Source: Phyllobates terribilis (taxonomy: Eukaryota). Taken from it: a stretch of 64,000 nt of DNA. The DNA is taken from contig NW_027362769.1 in NCBI RefSeq assembly GCF_046119375.1, positions 341,186,001-341,250,000 on the forward strand, given 5' to 3'. Numbering within the stretch: position 1 is the stretch's first letter; the number at the start of each line of letters is the position of its first letter. Below, piece by piece: positions 50,081-61,924 of the stretch. Both the position numbers and the translations under genes were made by a program. The notes beneath the pieces were generated by a model that was not told the origin of the DNA, did no database searches, and saw only the letters and a program-made list of their open reading frames with translations.

Positions 50081-51965
50081 ACACTCTATCCCAGGTGGGA
50101 GGGAGGCTCTCTCTTCCTTCTAGCCTGGGAAAGGATCTCTTCCAACAGGTGGATCCTCAAATTAATAAAATCAGGATTAAAACTGGAATTTCTGAGGAAC
50201 CTGCCAGAGAGATTTATTCTGACTGCCTTAAGATCCTCTCTGCCAGAACAGCGGGCACTGGAGGAGGAGATTTCAGGTCTCCTTCAAAAGAACGTCTTAC
50301 TGGAGGTATCACCACAAGAGGAAAGAAGAGGGTTCTATTCCCCCTTATTCCTTATAAAGAAGCCGGACAATTCATACAGAGTCATCAACTTGAAAGGCCT
50401 GAACAAATTCCTGAACATTCCATCATTCAAGATGGAAACAATAAAATCAACGATAACCCTTCTATTTCTCGGCTGCTACATGGCAGTGTTGGACCTAAAG
50501 GATGCGTATTACCATGTGTCAATCCATCACGACTTTCAAAGATACCTCAGAGTGGCCATAACTGTACAGGGGGTCGTCAGGCACTTCCAGTACAGAGCTC
50601 CTCCCTTCGGCCTAGCAGTGGCACCCCGCATATTCACAAAACTTATAGAGGAGGTTACGGCTCATCTCAGAGAGGAAAACAGATTGATAATCCCATACTT
50701 GGACGACTTCCTAATAGTGGGAAAAACTCACGATCATTGCCTGGCCCAAGTGGATCAGGTGTGCACCATCTTAAAAAAAACTTAGAATGGTGTTTAAACC
50801 TAGAAAAATCAAAACTGATCCCACAAACCACTCAGATCTTTTTAGGCCTTACTCTGGATTCGGTTCGACAGGAATGCCGCCTGCCCGAGCAGAAAAGGGA
50901 GAAAATAAAAAATTTAGTTTCGGCAGCCATAACAAACTCTGTAATGACTCTCAGGGGGGCCATGTCTCTGCTGGGGTCTCTCACCTCCTGCATTCCAGCG
51001 GTATGCTGGGCCCAATTTCATTTAAGGGAATTGCAATGGGATGTCCTAAAAAACGAAATCATCCTCAGGGGGCATCTGGAGGGCAGATTAACACTCCCTC
51101 ACAATGTAATTCCGTCACTGCATTGGTGGTTAATGACGAACACGTTCCAGACAGGCGTCCCCTAGGCTCCCCTTTTTACCAGAGTAATTACTGCAAACGC
51201 CATCCCCAGGGGGTGGGGGGCGCACCTAGACAACCACCCGATACAGGGGACTTGGTCAGAGGAGGAGAGTCTGGAGTCTTCCAACATGTGGGAACTGCGA
51301 GCAGTAGAGAAGGCACTAATCAGCTTCTTATCCCTTCTACGAGGACATCGCATAAAAATTCTGTCCGACAACCAGGTCACGGTGGCATATGTGAACCACT
51401 AGGGGGGAACCCACTCAAAATCACTAATTCAGGTTCCGGGGAGGATATTTTCTCTAGTGGAAGGGAAAGTTCTCTCTTTGAAGGCCCTTCGTATCAGAGG
51501 AGAGGACAACATGAAGGCAGACTTTCCAAGTCGCAGGCCACTATTGCAGGGAGAATGGACTCTAAATCATTCAGTCTTCTGCCAGCTAGTGGCCATGTGG
51601 GGGTCTCCAGAGGTCGACCTATTTGCGACTCGTCAGAACAGCAAATTTAGAGAAGTTCTGCTCACTGAATCCCACGGAAAATCCTTTAGTAGTAGACGCC
51701 TTCCAGTACAGATGGGATTTCAGTCTGGCCTATGCCTTTCCCCCAACGTGCCTAATTCCAGCAGTGTTGAGGAAGATCCGGGAGGATCAGGCTCGAGTGG
51801 TCCTCCATAGCCCCCTTCTGGCCCAAGAGACCATGGTTCTTTTGGCTGAAGAGCATGTCAATCACGAACCCCTGGATTCTTCCAGAGATTCCCGACCGTC
51901 TTGGCCAAGGTCCTATATTCCAACCTCAGGTGAAAGGATTGCACTTAGCGGCCTGGAACTTGAGA
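50076..51965 (+). pseudogene. DIRS1 ORF2: reverse transcriptase, RNase H and methyltransferase-like domain, disrupted
   Basis: VGGRL, YSPLFLIKK, LDLKDAYYH, PFGL, YLDD (50696-50707), RNaseH WELRAV and SDNQVTVAYVN, NMKADFPSR, DLFAT, and MT-like AYAFPP. Multiple frameshifts and stops. Confidence 0.9.
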
Positions 51966-52998
51966 GGTCGTTGCTAGAGGGTCGGGGTTTCTCATCGAAT
52001 CTAGTTTACTACTCTTCTAGGTAGTAGGAAATCAATCACTACTAAAATTTACAGTAGAATCTGGAAGAAATTCTTGTCATCTCAGGGATTCTCTCTGGGA
52101 GGGGGGGTTCCCGTAAAGGCAATTTTGGAATTTCTTCAAAAAGGGCTGGAAAAAGGCCTAGCGGTTAGCACCCTAAAAGTCCAAATCTCTGCCTTAGGGG
52201 CCTTGTATAATTATAATCTGGCCGGTAACAAATGGATTTCCAGGTTCGTGAGGGCATGCAGTAGAGCCAAACTAGCCCCTATAATAAGAGTCCATTCTTG
52301 GGATTTAAACTTAGTGCTAAACACGTTAACAAGTTCTTCCTTTGAGCCCCTTAGCTCAGGGTCCATTAAATTACTTGCCCTAAAAACAATACTTCTTGTG
52401 GCCTTAACATCAGCACGGAGGGTTAGTGAGTTAAAGGCTTTATCTGCAGATCCACCTTTTACCTTTAGTGCTAGACGATAGGGTAGTTTTGAGACCAGAC
52501 CCTGCTTTCCTACCTAAGATTGTATATAAGTTTCATATGTTTTAGGAGATAGCCATACCATCCTTCTGTCCTGAACCAAAAAATAGCAAGGAGGAAAGAT
52601 TTCATACCTTGGATGTCAGGAGATGCCTTATACATTATTTAGCATCCACAAGCTCATGGAGGGAGGATAGGGCTCTATTTGCCTCCTTTCAGGGCTCCCG
52701 AAAGGGATCAAAGGTCTCAAAAGGCACTTTATCAAGGTGGATCCGAGAAGCCATCACTATGGCCTATACAGGATCAGGCAGAGATCCTCCTAACAATCTG
52801 AAGGCCCCGTCTACACTGGGCATGGCTGCTTCCTGGGCGGAAAGAGCGGACGTGCCCATTGAGCAAATATGTAAGGCGGCCACATGGTCATCTCTGTCCA
52901 CTTTCTATAATCACTATAGGCTTGACCTTTCTGCCTCCTCTGATCTCACATTTGGGAGAAGGGTTCTGCAGGCTGTGGTCCCTCCCTTACATACATAG
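51960..52998 (+). pseudogene. DIRS1 ORF3 tyrosine recombinase, inactivated
   Basis: STLKVQISAL, WDLNLVL, TSARRVSEL, LDVRRCL, ICKAATW and TFYNHY. The usual AHSTR motif reads APSTL. An overlapping open frame at 50787-51650 fits the upstream ORF3 extension typical of DIRS1. Confidence 0.9.
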
Positions 52999-55409
52999 TT
53001 CTCTGTAATTCTCTCGTTGTGTTGTCATGGGTGACAGAAAAACGCGTATATTACTTACCGGTAATGTGTTTTTTCGGAACCCATGACGGCACCTTTACAT
53101 TCCCTCCCTATCACTATGGTGTTCACCTTCCGGTTGGTGGGTGTTGAGTATTCACATGGGAGAAATTTGTTTATGGTTAATAAAATGATGTGCTCTAACC
53201 GGAGAGTCCTCTCATGCGCTGTAATCTACTGAGTTGGAGAGAGGTGCCGCCCTTTTTATCTTGAAGGTTTCCTGTCCTTGAAGGGAGGATCCCCTCTCTC
53301 ATTGTGCAGTCATGGGTTCCAAAAAAAAAACCTCATTACCGGTAAGTAATATACGTGTTTCCCCTAAAGTCCTCCTGTCTTTGAAACATACTTTACTTTC
53401 CTGACATAAATAAAAAAAATATATATATATATATATAATTTATTACACACATGATTTCCTTTAATATTTAGACTGCCTTGCAGAATTGGGTCTCCTATAA
53501 ACATCCAACAGACAGAGGGAAAAGCGAGATAGTCACAATATCTATCCAGGCTTATCCTGGGTGGCTGCAAACTGCATGAACATATCAGCTATACAGGCAG
53601 CAGATTACTATAATTTATGGATGCAGGTTGCAGACTGTTACTGTTCGATAACTACCCGCAGCCACCCCACCAAAAAGTCAAAATAATTGTGAAAAAAGCG
53701 CAGGCTGTTTCCATTGGTTCTATAGACCCTGCGTGAAGCGTTGGGACCCTCAATGCTCAGACATTTATTACCTCCTATGGAAAGGTGGTAAAAGTCTATT
53801 GTGAGAAAAACTCTTTGTTCCAACAAGGAGGGGAGTAGGAATTATAGATGATGGGAGTGGATTTCCATTATAAAAATCAGGGCTTTATTATTAGTAAGAA
53901 CCACAGATGATAGACATATTTTCTTTCAGGATGAATGACCCCAGTGACAGCTTATAAAACCATGTGTAGTCTTCCCCGTACATGCCTCCACCAGCTACTC
54001 CTCCCTGCTTTGAATAAGGCTGCCGACCGTGTGATATCTTTCACATAGTTTATGATCTGGGTCTATCTGTATTAATTTTTCTCTTATCTTTAGCTGGTTC
54101 CCCCTACTATGTGAATGTTTTACTTATATCCTCATGAGTCAAGGTCATTTTAAGCAATCTGTCCATAACCGATTACATTATGGGGCTAAGATCTCCCCCC
54201 TGTGCAACCTCCAAAGATTGAGCAGTGACTGTATACCTTGTCTGGCAGCCGACTGAAAAGGACTTTTGGGAGGAGCAATGTGACAGATAACCAATCATTA
54301 TACTCCTCACTAAGGTCTTTTTCAGCTGGATGCCAGGCTCCTTATACAGTTGTCTAAGCTCCAGGTCTGGGAGCTGTTTAGAGAATCTTGTTCCAACAAG
54401 CTTAACTCTTTATTAGCATCTTATCGTTCCCCATAATTATTTTGTGATGCCTACTAATCCAGAGAAAAGGACACTATATTGCCGACCCTTTATTGAAGCC
54501 GCTAGCAGTTGCCTATTCATTAGAATAGGAGCCGATCATCGGCCACAAAACCACTGTGCTGTTCAGCTTCACATCTGGCTGCCAACAGAGCTGAGAACGC
54601 CTAGTTGGTGGGCAGTTTGGTGTGTGACCCCCCGCTATTCTGATATTGATAACTAGAGTTGAGCACAGATTTGCAGGACACTAGTCCAGCAGCAATATTG
54701 GTAGTCTTTGACCACTAGACTACAGCCCTGCGAGCCTCTTTCTGGCTGATTAGTAGGTTTTGTTCAATGTCATTGTTGCAACGAGACGTCACAATGTGCC
54801 TACTAATTAGAAGGCTAAACAGTTGTTTTGTGGCCGCTGACAATTACTACTGACCAGTAGGAGGTTCACAAGCTTCTGACCCGGCGACCACAGACTTCCA
54901 ACATGGCGGCTGGACCAGAATCCTGCAAAATTTTTTTGTTCAACTCTATTGATGACCTATCCTTATCAATCTCAAAGAAGTGGAACACCCCGTTATCAGT
55001 TCCTTTTCACTCTGATCTCATACATCCCACCCCTGCTGGTTCGGTGTCTGTAAGTAACACGAGGTACTTACTTGCATTTTGGGAAATTCAGCGGGTATAC
55101 CAGACGCTGTATTTTTTTTTGTGCCTCAATATTACTCACGATATATAACAAGATTCAGAAGTGATCTGACCCCGCAGGATGTTTTTTCCCTTCGGTGCCT
55201 CGTACAATCTGACTTTTGGACCGAGCACATGTAAATCCCCAGTTCCTGTCACTATGAGCGGACACTGCGCCTCTGTTCCTTGTGGTGTTCACATAGACTT
55301 GTAACGTTATTTAGGCTCATAGTTGTGCCAATGTACACATGACTCAGCTCTGCAGCACTAAATTGACTTTTCAATGTGTATGTGTGTATAATAAATATAT
55401 ATATATACA

Positions 55410-56983
55410 CAGTAGTGTTCAAAATAATAGCAGTGTGTTCAAAAACATGAGTTAAGCACAAAATCTTTATACTAGTTCTTATTTCCATGCATTGGGAACA
55501 TTACACACTGTTTTCTAATTCAAAACATGAAGAGAAATGTAGATAAGTTTTAATTACTTTACAGAAAACAACCAACAATGGACATTTGGGCTGTTCTAAG
55601 AAATAGCATTGTCTGCATTTGTCTTTACAAACTCTCAAGAGGTACTTTTTTTTTTTTTTTTCGAGGAGTTAGCATTCCTGTGAATCACTAACCTAATATT
55701 TAGTTGTATAGCCACAGTTTTTTAGAACTGCTTCACATCTATGTTGCATAGAGTTAACCGACTTCTGGCACCTGTCAGCTGTTGTTCCATCCCAGGATGC
55801 TTTGACTACATCCCACAATTTTTGGCATTTGTTGGCTTTGCCTCAGAAACGGCATTTTTGATGTCACCCCACAAGAGTTGTATCGGATTAGGTCCGGGGA
55901 TTGGGCTGGCCACTCCATAACCTCAATTTTGTTGGACTGGAAACAAGATTTTGCTCCTTTACTGGTGTGTGTAGGGTCATTGTCTTGTTGAAACACCCAT
56001 TTCAAGGGCATATCCTCTTCAGTGTAAGGCAACATGACCTCTTCAAGTATTAATGCAAACTGGTCCATGATCCCTGGTATTCGGCAAATAGGTCCGGCAC
56101 CATATTAAGAGAAACATGCCCATATCATGATGCTTGCTCCACCATGCTTCACTTTCGTCAGAGTGTACTGTGGCTTGAATGCAGAGTTTGGGGGTCATCT
56201 GATGAACTGTCTGCGGCATTTGGACCCAAAAAGAACAGTTTTACTTTCATCAGTCCACAAAATGTTTCTCCATTTGTCTTTAGGCCAGTTGATGTGTTCT
56301 TTGGCAAATTGTATCCGCTTCAGTACATGTCTTTTTAACAGTGGGACTTTGCGGTGACTTCTTGCTAAGAGATTAGCTTCAAACAGGCGTCTTCTAACTG
56401 TCTCAGTACTCACAGGTAACTTGAGGCGGTCTTTGATCATCCTGGAGTTGATAACTGGCTAGCCTTTGCCATTCTGGCTATTCTTCCATCCATTCGAATG
56501 GTAGTCTTCCGTTTCCTTCCTCGTCTCTCTGGTTTTGCTTTCCATTTTAAACCATTGGAGATCATTTTATCTGAACAGCCTATAATTGTCTGCACTTCTT
56601 TATAAGTTTTACCCACTCCAATCAACTTTTTAATCAAAGTACGCTGTTCTTCTGAACAATGCCTCCAACGACCCATATTTCTCAGGCTTTCAAGGAGAAA
56701 TGCAGGTACAACATGTGCTGGCTTCACCCTTAAATAAGGGCCACCTGATTCACACCTGTTTCTTCACAGAATGATTGACCTCACTAATTGAACTCCACAC
56801 TGCTATTATTTTGAACGCAGCCCCATACAATTAATTGCAGACTCCAAAACCTGCAGATCATGAATGCGGAGTCTGGTGGTTTTCTTACAATCTACTGCAC
56901 CAACTGGTAAACTGTTTGACATGTGGTCATATAATTTATACCAAAAACAATGATTAATCTGGTTATTATTTTGAACACTACTG
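55410..56983 (-). mobile_element. Tc1-like DNA transposon, DD34E type, decayed
   Basis: Termini CAGTAGTGTTCAAAATAATA on both ends, inserted in a (TA)n tract. Transposase remnants from ATG 56676 (GRKRKTT, TVRRRL, WTDESK, QQDNDP, SPDL). With the frameshift corrected the spacing is 34 and the catalytic E reads Q. Confidence 0.9.
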
Positions 56984-57043
56984 TATATATAATGTCGAAC
57001 TGACTGTGACACAACATCATCTTTTTTTTTTTTTTTGTCTTAG

Positions 57044-57256
57044 AGTATAAAATCTGCAGAACTAATCGGCACGTTCGTGAATCCCGAGGTTTTCCTGAAG
57101 CTGATTCTTCCGGCTCTTCAGAAGTCTGCCATATCGTCACACCTCACCGTTTTGGCAGCTTGTATTCGGGGAAGCTCTTGCGAGGGGCTGAAGCCACATT
57201 TGCATCGTATTGCTGATGTCATTTCTAAGCCCGAGATCTGCCAGGGCTCCGAAAAG
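57044..57256 (+). CDS. DNAAF5: DNAAF5 exon 6
   Basis: Long T tract plus TAG acceptor, 213 nt, SIKSAELIGTFVNPEVFLKLILP...ICQGSEK, donor AAG|GTAAGA. Phase 0 in and out. Confidence 0.95.
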
Positions 57257-59600
57257 GTAAGAATCTGATAGCGATGACCTAGAGGTTTGAAGTCTGTTCC
57301 TTCCCTAAGAAATGACCTCGCTCTTCTCATTGTGGGAGTAATTTCTGAAAACTTGTGGGACGGACGGGAAGATTTGCCATGCGGAACTCCAATGGGCTTT
57401 TAACATGAATCCTTTACGGTTGCTTTCTAGCTTTTCTCCATGTGGACACAGCGGATGACAAGTAGCTGCTTGGTGATCTAAAGGCCATTTCCATCCATAA
57501 TCCACCGTTTATTAGACAGGAAGATCGGCGCTCATTTATGGCTTCTTTTTTTTTTTTGCGCACAGGCCGACGACAAATTCTGTATGGGCTAGAAGGATTG
57601 TATCAGCAATCGTCCTGTTCAGAATCTCGTCGCGTTCACATGAGGCTTTGTAGCCAGCAACAATGATTTAGTGGCCAGTATGAATAATGCAAGCAGCTGG
57701 CGAAAAATCACTTTGCTCACTCAGCGGCATGTTTCTTATGAATGATTATCAGCCGTATAAATGGGCCTAAGGTAAGAGTCACATGGCCGTATCATTCCAA
57801 GCATTGGGTTGTGATCTTCGTCCGAGTTATACGGCGGTGTGACTCTCCCCTTAAAGGGGTTGTCCACTACTCAGACAACCCATTCTCAATCCCTATATTA
57901 AACCCCAAGTAAAATAATAAAATTTAGGCTCCCTTCTGGTGCCTGCACCCCTCCGGCAGTGCAGGCACTGGCGATCACGTGACTGACGTAACAATCCGAG
58001 CTGCACCAAATCACATATATCCAGAGGAAGCGAGAAAATTATACTTTTATTTACTTTTTTTTTTTTTTTTTTTTGTAGAGATTCTAGATTTTCTAGTCAT
58101 CAGATATTTAGTGAAGTTGTATGCAAATCAGGCTGGAAGTGCACTGGGGGCGTGTCAGTGCACTGTGAATCGGCAGTTGAAATGCACTGACACGCCCCCA
58201 GTGCTCTTCCATGCTGATTTGCATATGGCTTCTTATCTGATGTGCCAGTCATGAGCAATCAAGGAATCTACAAAAAAGATATAATTTCCTGGGGAGGACG
58301 TGTGCCTATATTACCACACCACTACTTGGTGGGTTATTCTATTTATCGATCTTCAGGATCGCACCACTCTTCTTTCTGCCGGCTGCCTCCTTGAAGATTT
58401 GCAGCCTCTGCAGCATTGGAGAAGCACAGGGGCACTGAAGCTGTCCAAAATACAGCAACCCGGCAATCTGTATAGCAAATAACTGACACGTGTGCACTCC
58501 TTACCTGAAAAGCGGCCACCTCTGATTACACTACAGAGGTGGCCGGTAACATAGGCAACGAGAACAGATGATTTTTAGTAACAGTTAAATTGCAAAGTTG
58601 CATATCTTCATAAGCATTTTGCAATTTTACCCATTTCTGATCATGACAAAACCCTTTTAAAGCCATAATCTCATGACAGACAAGCCCTTTAATATGGCTA
58701 CCATTACTTGCAGTGATCGCTGCAGAAACTACAAGTCCCAGCATGCCCAGATGATCTGGTACATTAATTTTCTTCAGTGCTTATGCCATATTTTTGATTG
58801 TAATAAGAAATGACCGTCACCGAAGATCCTCCATATAACATAAAGCTGGAAGCCGTCTTCTCTAATGGAAACAAATCCTTGTGAGAAGCTACAATAACAA
58901 TCCTTACAGATTAATCATGCGCAGAGGAAATATCAATGCGTCCTATTGTGCGCCGGCCGGTGGTAATTGCAGCCATCTCCCATGTGTTGATGTATTGGAG
59001 GATAATGAGCGGAGTATTTAGGGGCATATATTCTATTGCTGGGAACAAAGCAAACACCCCTGGCTGCAGCCCGGCCATTGATGGCTCCTCTATAAGTATG
59101 GCGAGCCCCTGCAATATTGTGCTGATGATGGACCGTCCATACGTGGAGCTTAATCCGGCCTGACAGCATGAACTAATATGAAGGAAATGAAATGATGATG
59201 TAGTGTCAGCACCCCGTGTCATCGGAGCGCTGTGATCTCAGTACCCATGAATGGAGGGTCCCAGGTGTACGGCTCAGAAGTACGCACCTGGCGGAGGGGA
59301 GAGTGTAATGGACATCGAAATACTCATTTACAAAACCTCACTAGCTCCAATGTGATTTTAAAATAATTTATAGCCCGATTCTGCGTGATTTGGGAAAAAC
59401 TGCTGACACGGGCAGGTTTGTGGGTCAGAACCATAGAAAACCTGGGTGGCAGGTGCCAGTCATATCCACTACTAATGGCATCCTCCAGATGATTGGACTC
59501 TACAAGCCACAGTGGCTTGTTGTAGCCAGTACTAGTGTTAGTGTCCAATGTATAGTGGTCAATAGTGAGGTCACTGTGCTATATGCAATGGCTGAGTGCG

Positions 59601-60131
59601 GACAGTAGTGACATCACTGTAATGTGCGGTGGCTCAGTGAGAACAGTGACATCACTGTAATGTGCGGTGGCTCAGTGAGGACAGTGACATCACTGTAATG
59701 TGCGGTGGCTCAGTGAGGACAGTAGTGACATCACTGTAATGTGCGGTGGCTCAGTGAGGACAGTAGTGACATCACTGTAATGTGCGGTGCGCTCTATGAG
59801 AACAGTAGTGACCTCACTAGTGTGCTGTGGGTCGGTGAGGACAGTAGTGACCTCACTAGTGTGCTGTGGGTCGGTGAGGACAGTAGTGACCTCACTAGTG
59901 TGCGGTGGCTCGGTGAGGACAGTAGTGACCTCACTAGTGTGCGGTGGCTCGGTGAGGACAGTAGTGACCTCACTAGTGTGCGGTGGCTCGGTGAGGACAG
60001 TAGTGACCTCACTAGTGTGCGGTGGCTCGGTGAGGACAGTAGTGACCTCACTAGTGTGCGGTGGCTCGGTGAGGACAGTAGTGACCTCACTAGTGTGCGG
60101 TGGCTCGGTGAGGACAGTAGTGACCTCACTG
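59601..60131. repeat. 39-bp minisatellite, about 13.5 copies (CAGTAGTGACCTCACTAGTGTGCGGTGGCTCGGTGAGGA)
   Basis: Direct periodicity, with two variant blocks (ATCACTGTAATG in the first four to five units, CTCACTAGTG afterwards). Confidence 0.95.
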
Positions 60132-61440
60132 TGCAAAATGTGTTATTGCAGGCAAGAGTGATGTCACGGAGCAAGGTTCAGTGTCCCATTGTGAACCTCT
60201 GTGATGTCCGTGTGCCACGTACAGTGGCTGACGGCGGCTGGTAGAGCTCTATCACCCCTCATCATTGGCCACTGTACGATTGTACTGTACAAGGTACGGG
60301 GGCCACTTCTGCCGTACGGGGGCCACATCTGTCATACGGGGGCCACTTCTGTTATTACTGGTGCATTGTTCTTGTAGTATTTCTTCTCCGGCAATAACTA
60401 CATGTAAGACCCCTAGATATCTATTACGGGAGGTGTATGTGTATTCTGCTAGCCATAGGCTTATGTATATGGCCGATGATACGGGCCGGCTTTTACATCC
60501 TATTTTCTCTCCAATATTAATTTGTCTAGGTTTTAGGGTGCTTTTATGTTTTGCAGTGTGCTGGAAAGTGAAATTACATCAGCCCTCATTAATACATTCT
60601 CTATGCTGTGACTTCGGAGTTTTAATAGGGTCACACAAGCCATGGGGAAGCGGCAGCTGCACCGCTGTAACGTGAGCATCAGCGACTATACCCTGAACCT
60701 ATGTAACTGGAGAACGCATAGGTAGCGGAGACCTCGCTCCAACTTCACAGCCAGCGGCTAATCTACACGGCGTCTCCTGTCTGACAACCTGCTCGCCATG
60801 CCAAGTGGGGCGAGTGGCGATCGCCGCTATGTAAAGGGAAATGGAATGAATCATTAGGGGCAAAGCAGTAGGACTGACCAGCCATAATGGCGGAGCTGTG
60901 AAAAATATCTATCCACTCTGACACTGAGAAGTGACTTGATTTGTCATGTATAGTGCCCCCCATTGCTTTCACTATTGCCTATTCAGTGCTGTGGCCCCTT
61001 TTTATTTTTTTCCTGCACAGCAGTGACCCCCTTAATTCTTAGAATCAGTGGGGCCCCAGAGGTCTGTGCTCCATAGATGAAACAGTGATGGCTTATTAGT
61101 TGGCCCGCGCTGATCAGCAAGTTGTTTCCTCTCCTATGGATGGGCAATGGCTTCCAATGTGAATGCATATAGTCAGGCTTCTCTGTTAATTGTACCCGGC
61201 ATCACTCTGCCGTGGTGCTTTCTGCAGTGCGGATGATTATCACATCTCGCCATCCGTAAATGTGTGGCGTTTGCGGACTAATCAGAAGCGTCCATCTTTT
61301 GCGATGTGAGTGGTATGTGCGGTATGTGACGACTGAGAAGTATCATTTATTCTTTAATCGCGTCGGACTCGCAGGTTACAATATCTATATTTCTCATCTA
61401 CGCCTCCTAACAATGGCTCCTCTGTGTGTTGGATTGACAG

Positions 61441-61584
61441 ATGCTGTACTCGGAGCAGTTACTCTGCTGCATCCAGTCCATGATCAGTACGTGCCAGCAA
61501 ACCGCTCCAGACGTCAGCCCGCAGTGCATGCGAGTCCTGATAGCAATACTCGCCAGCCCGGCCTCCGAAACCCTGTACGGAAAG
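61441..61584 (+). CDS. DNAAF5: DNAAF5 exon 7
   Basis: GACAG acceptor, 144 nt, MLYSEQLLCCIQSMISTC...LIAILASPASETLYGK aligns with the DLYLERLLLCVQALVSVC region of DNAAF5. Donor AAG|GTAATG, phase 0. Confidence 0.85.
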
Positions 61585-61924
61585 GTAATGTTATCTCTCC
61601 TCTGTCCATTGTTACTGCTGCTTCCACAGACCAGAAGACAAGCAGAGAGCTGCGCAGACGGGGTGAGAATGTGTGTATTTACTGCCCCCTTAGTGGATCA
61701 GACACACTGCAGAATCTGACTACTGTATCTTTAATGAGATATTACAAACCCCCTCCTCTGGTGACTATTTTTTTTATAGTATTAGTCTTATAGCTGAACT
61801 GTTAACATTTTTGGGAGCTTCTTGTTACATGAATCCAAAAGTCAGAACTAATAGATATGGCCAACTTTTGAAATTTTTTTATTTTTTTTGCACTTTTCCC
61901 TTCTTGTCCCTTCTTGTCCCTTAC

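Larger units (their letters stand above)
47969..53360 (+). mobile_element. DIRS1-type tyrosine-recombinase retrotransposon, structurally full length, coding regions decayed
   Basis: Left ITR about 47969-48070. Right ITR about 53228-53320 with a 3' extension to 53360. Internal complementary region about 53011-53093. TTT at both ends with no target duplication. Gag, RT/RNaseH/MT and YR remnants lie in between. Confidence 0.95.

Noticed and set aside
49570-51165. 531-aa ORF as a single intact protein
   Set aside because: It is a chance fusion of the gag C-terminus, an alternative frame over RT and the RT connection region, produced by frameshifts in the decayed DIRS element.
57044-57046. Alternative acceptor at the second AG of TAGAG (exon start 57046)
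   Set aside because: It would shift the frame by 2. The first AG keeps phase 0 continuity with exon 5.
59690-60244. Repetitive ORFs (SEVTTVLTEPPHT and others)
   Set aside because: They are translations of the 39-bp minisatellite, with no convincing exon context and no resemblance to DNAAF5.
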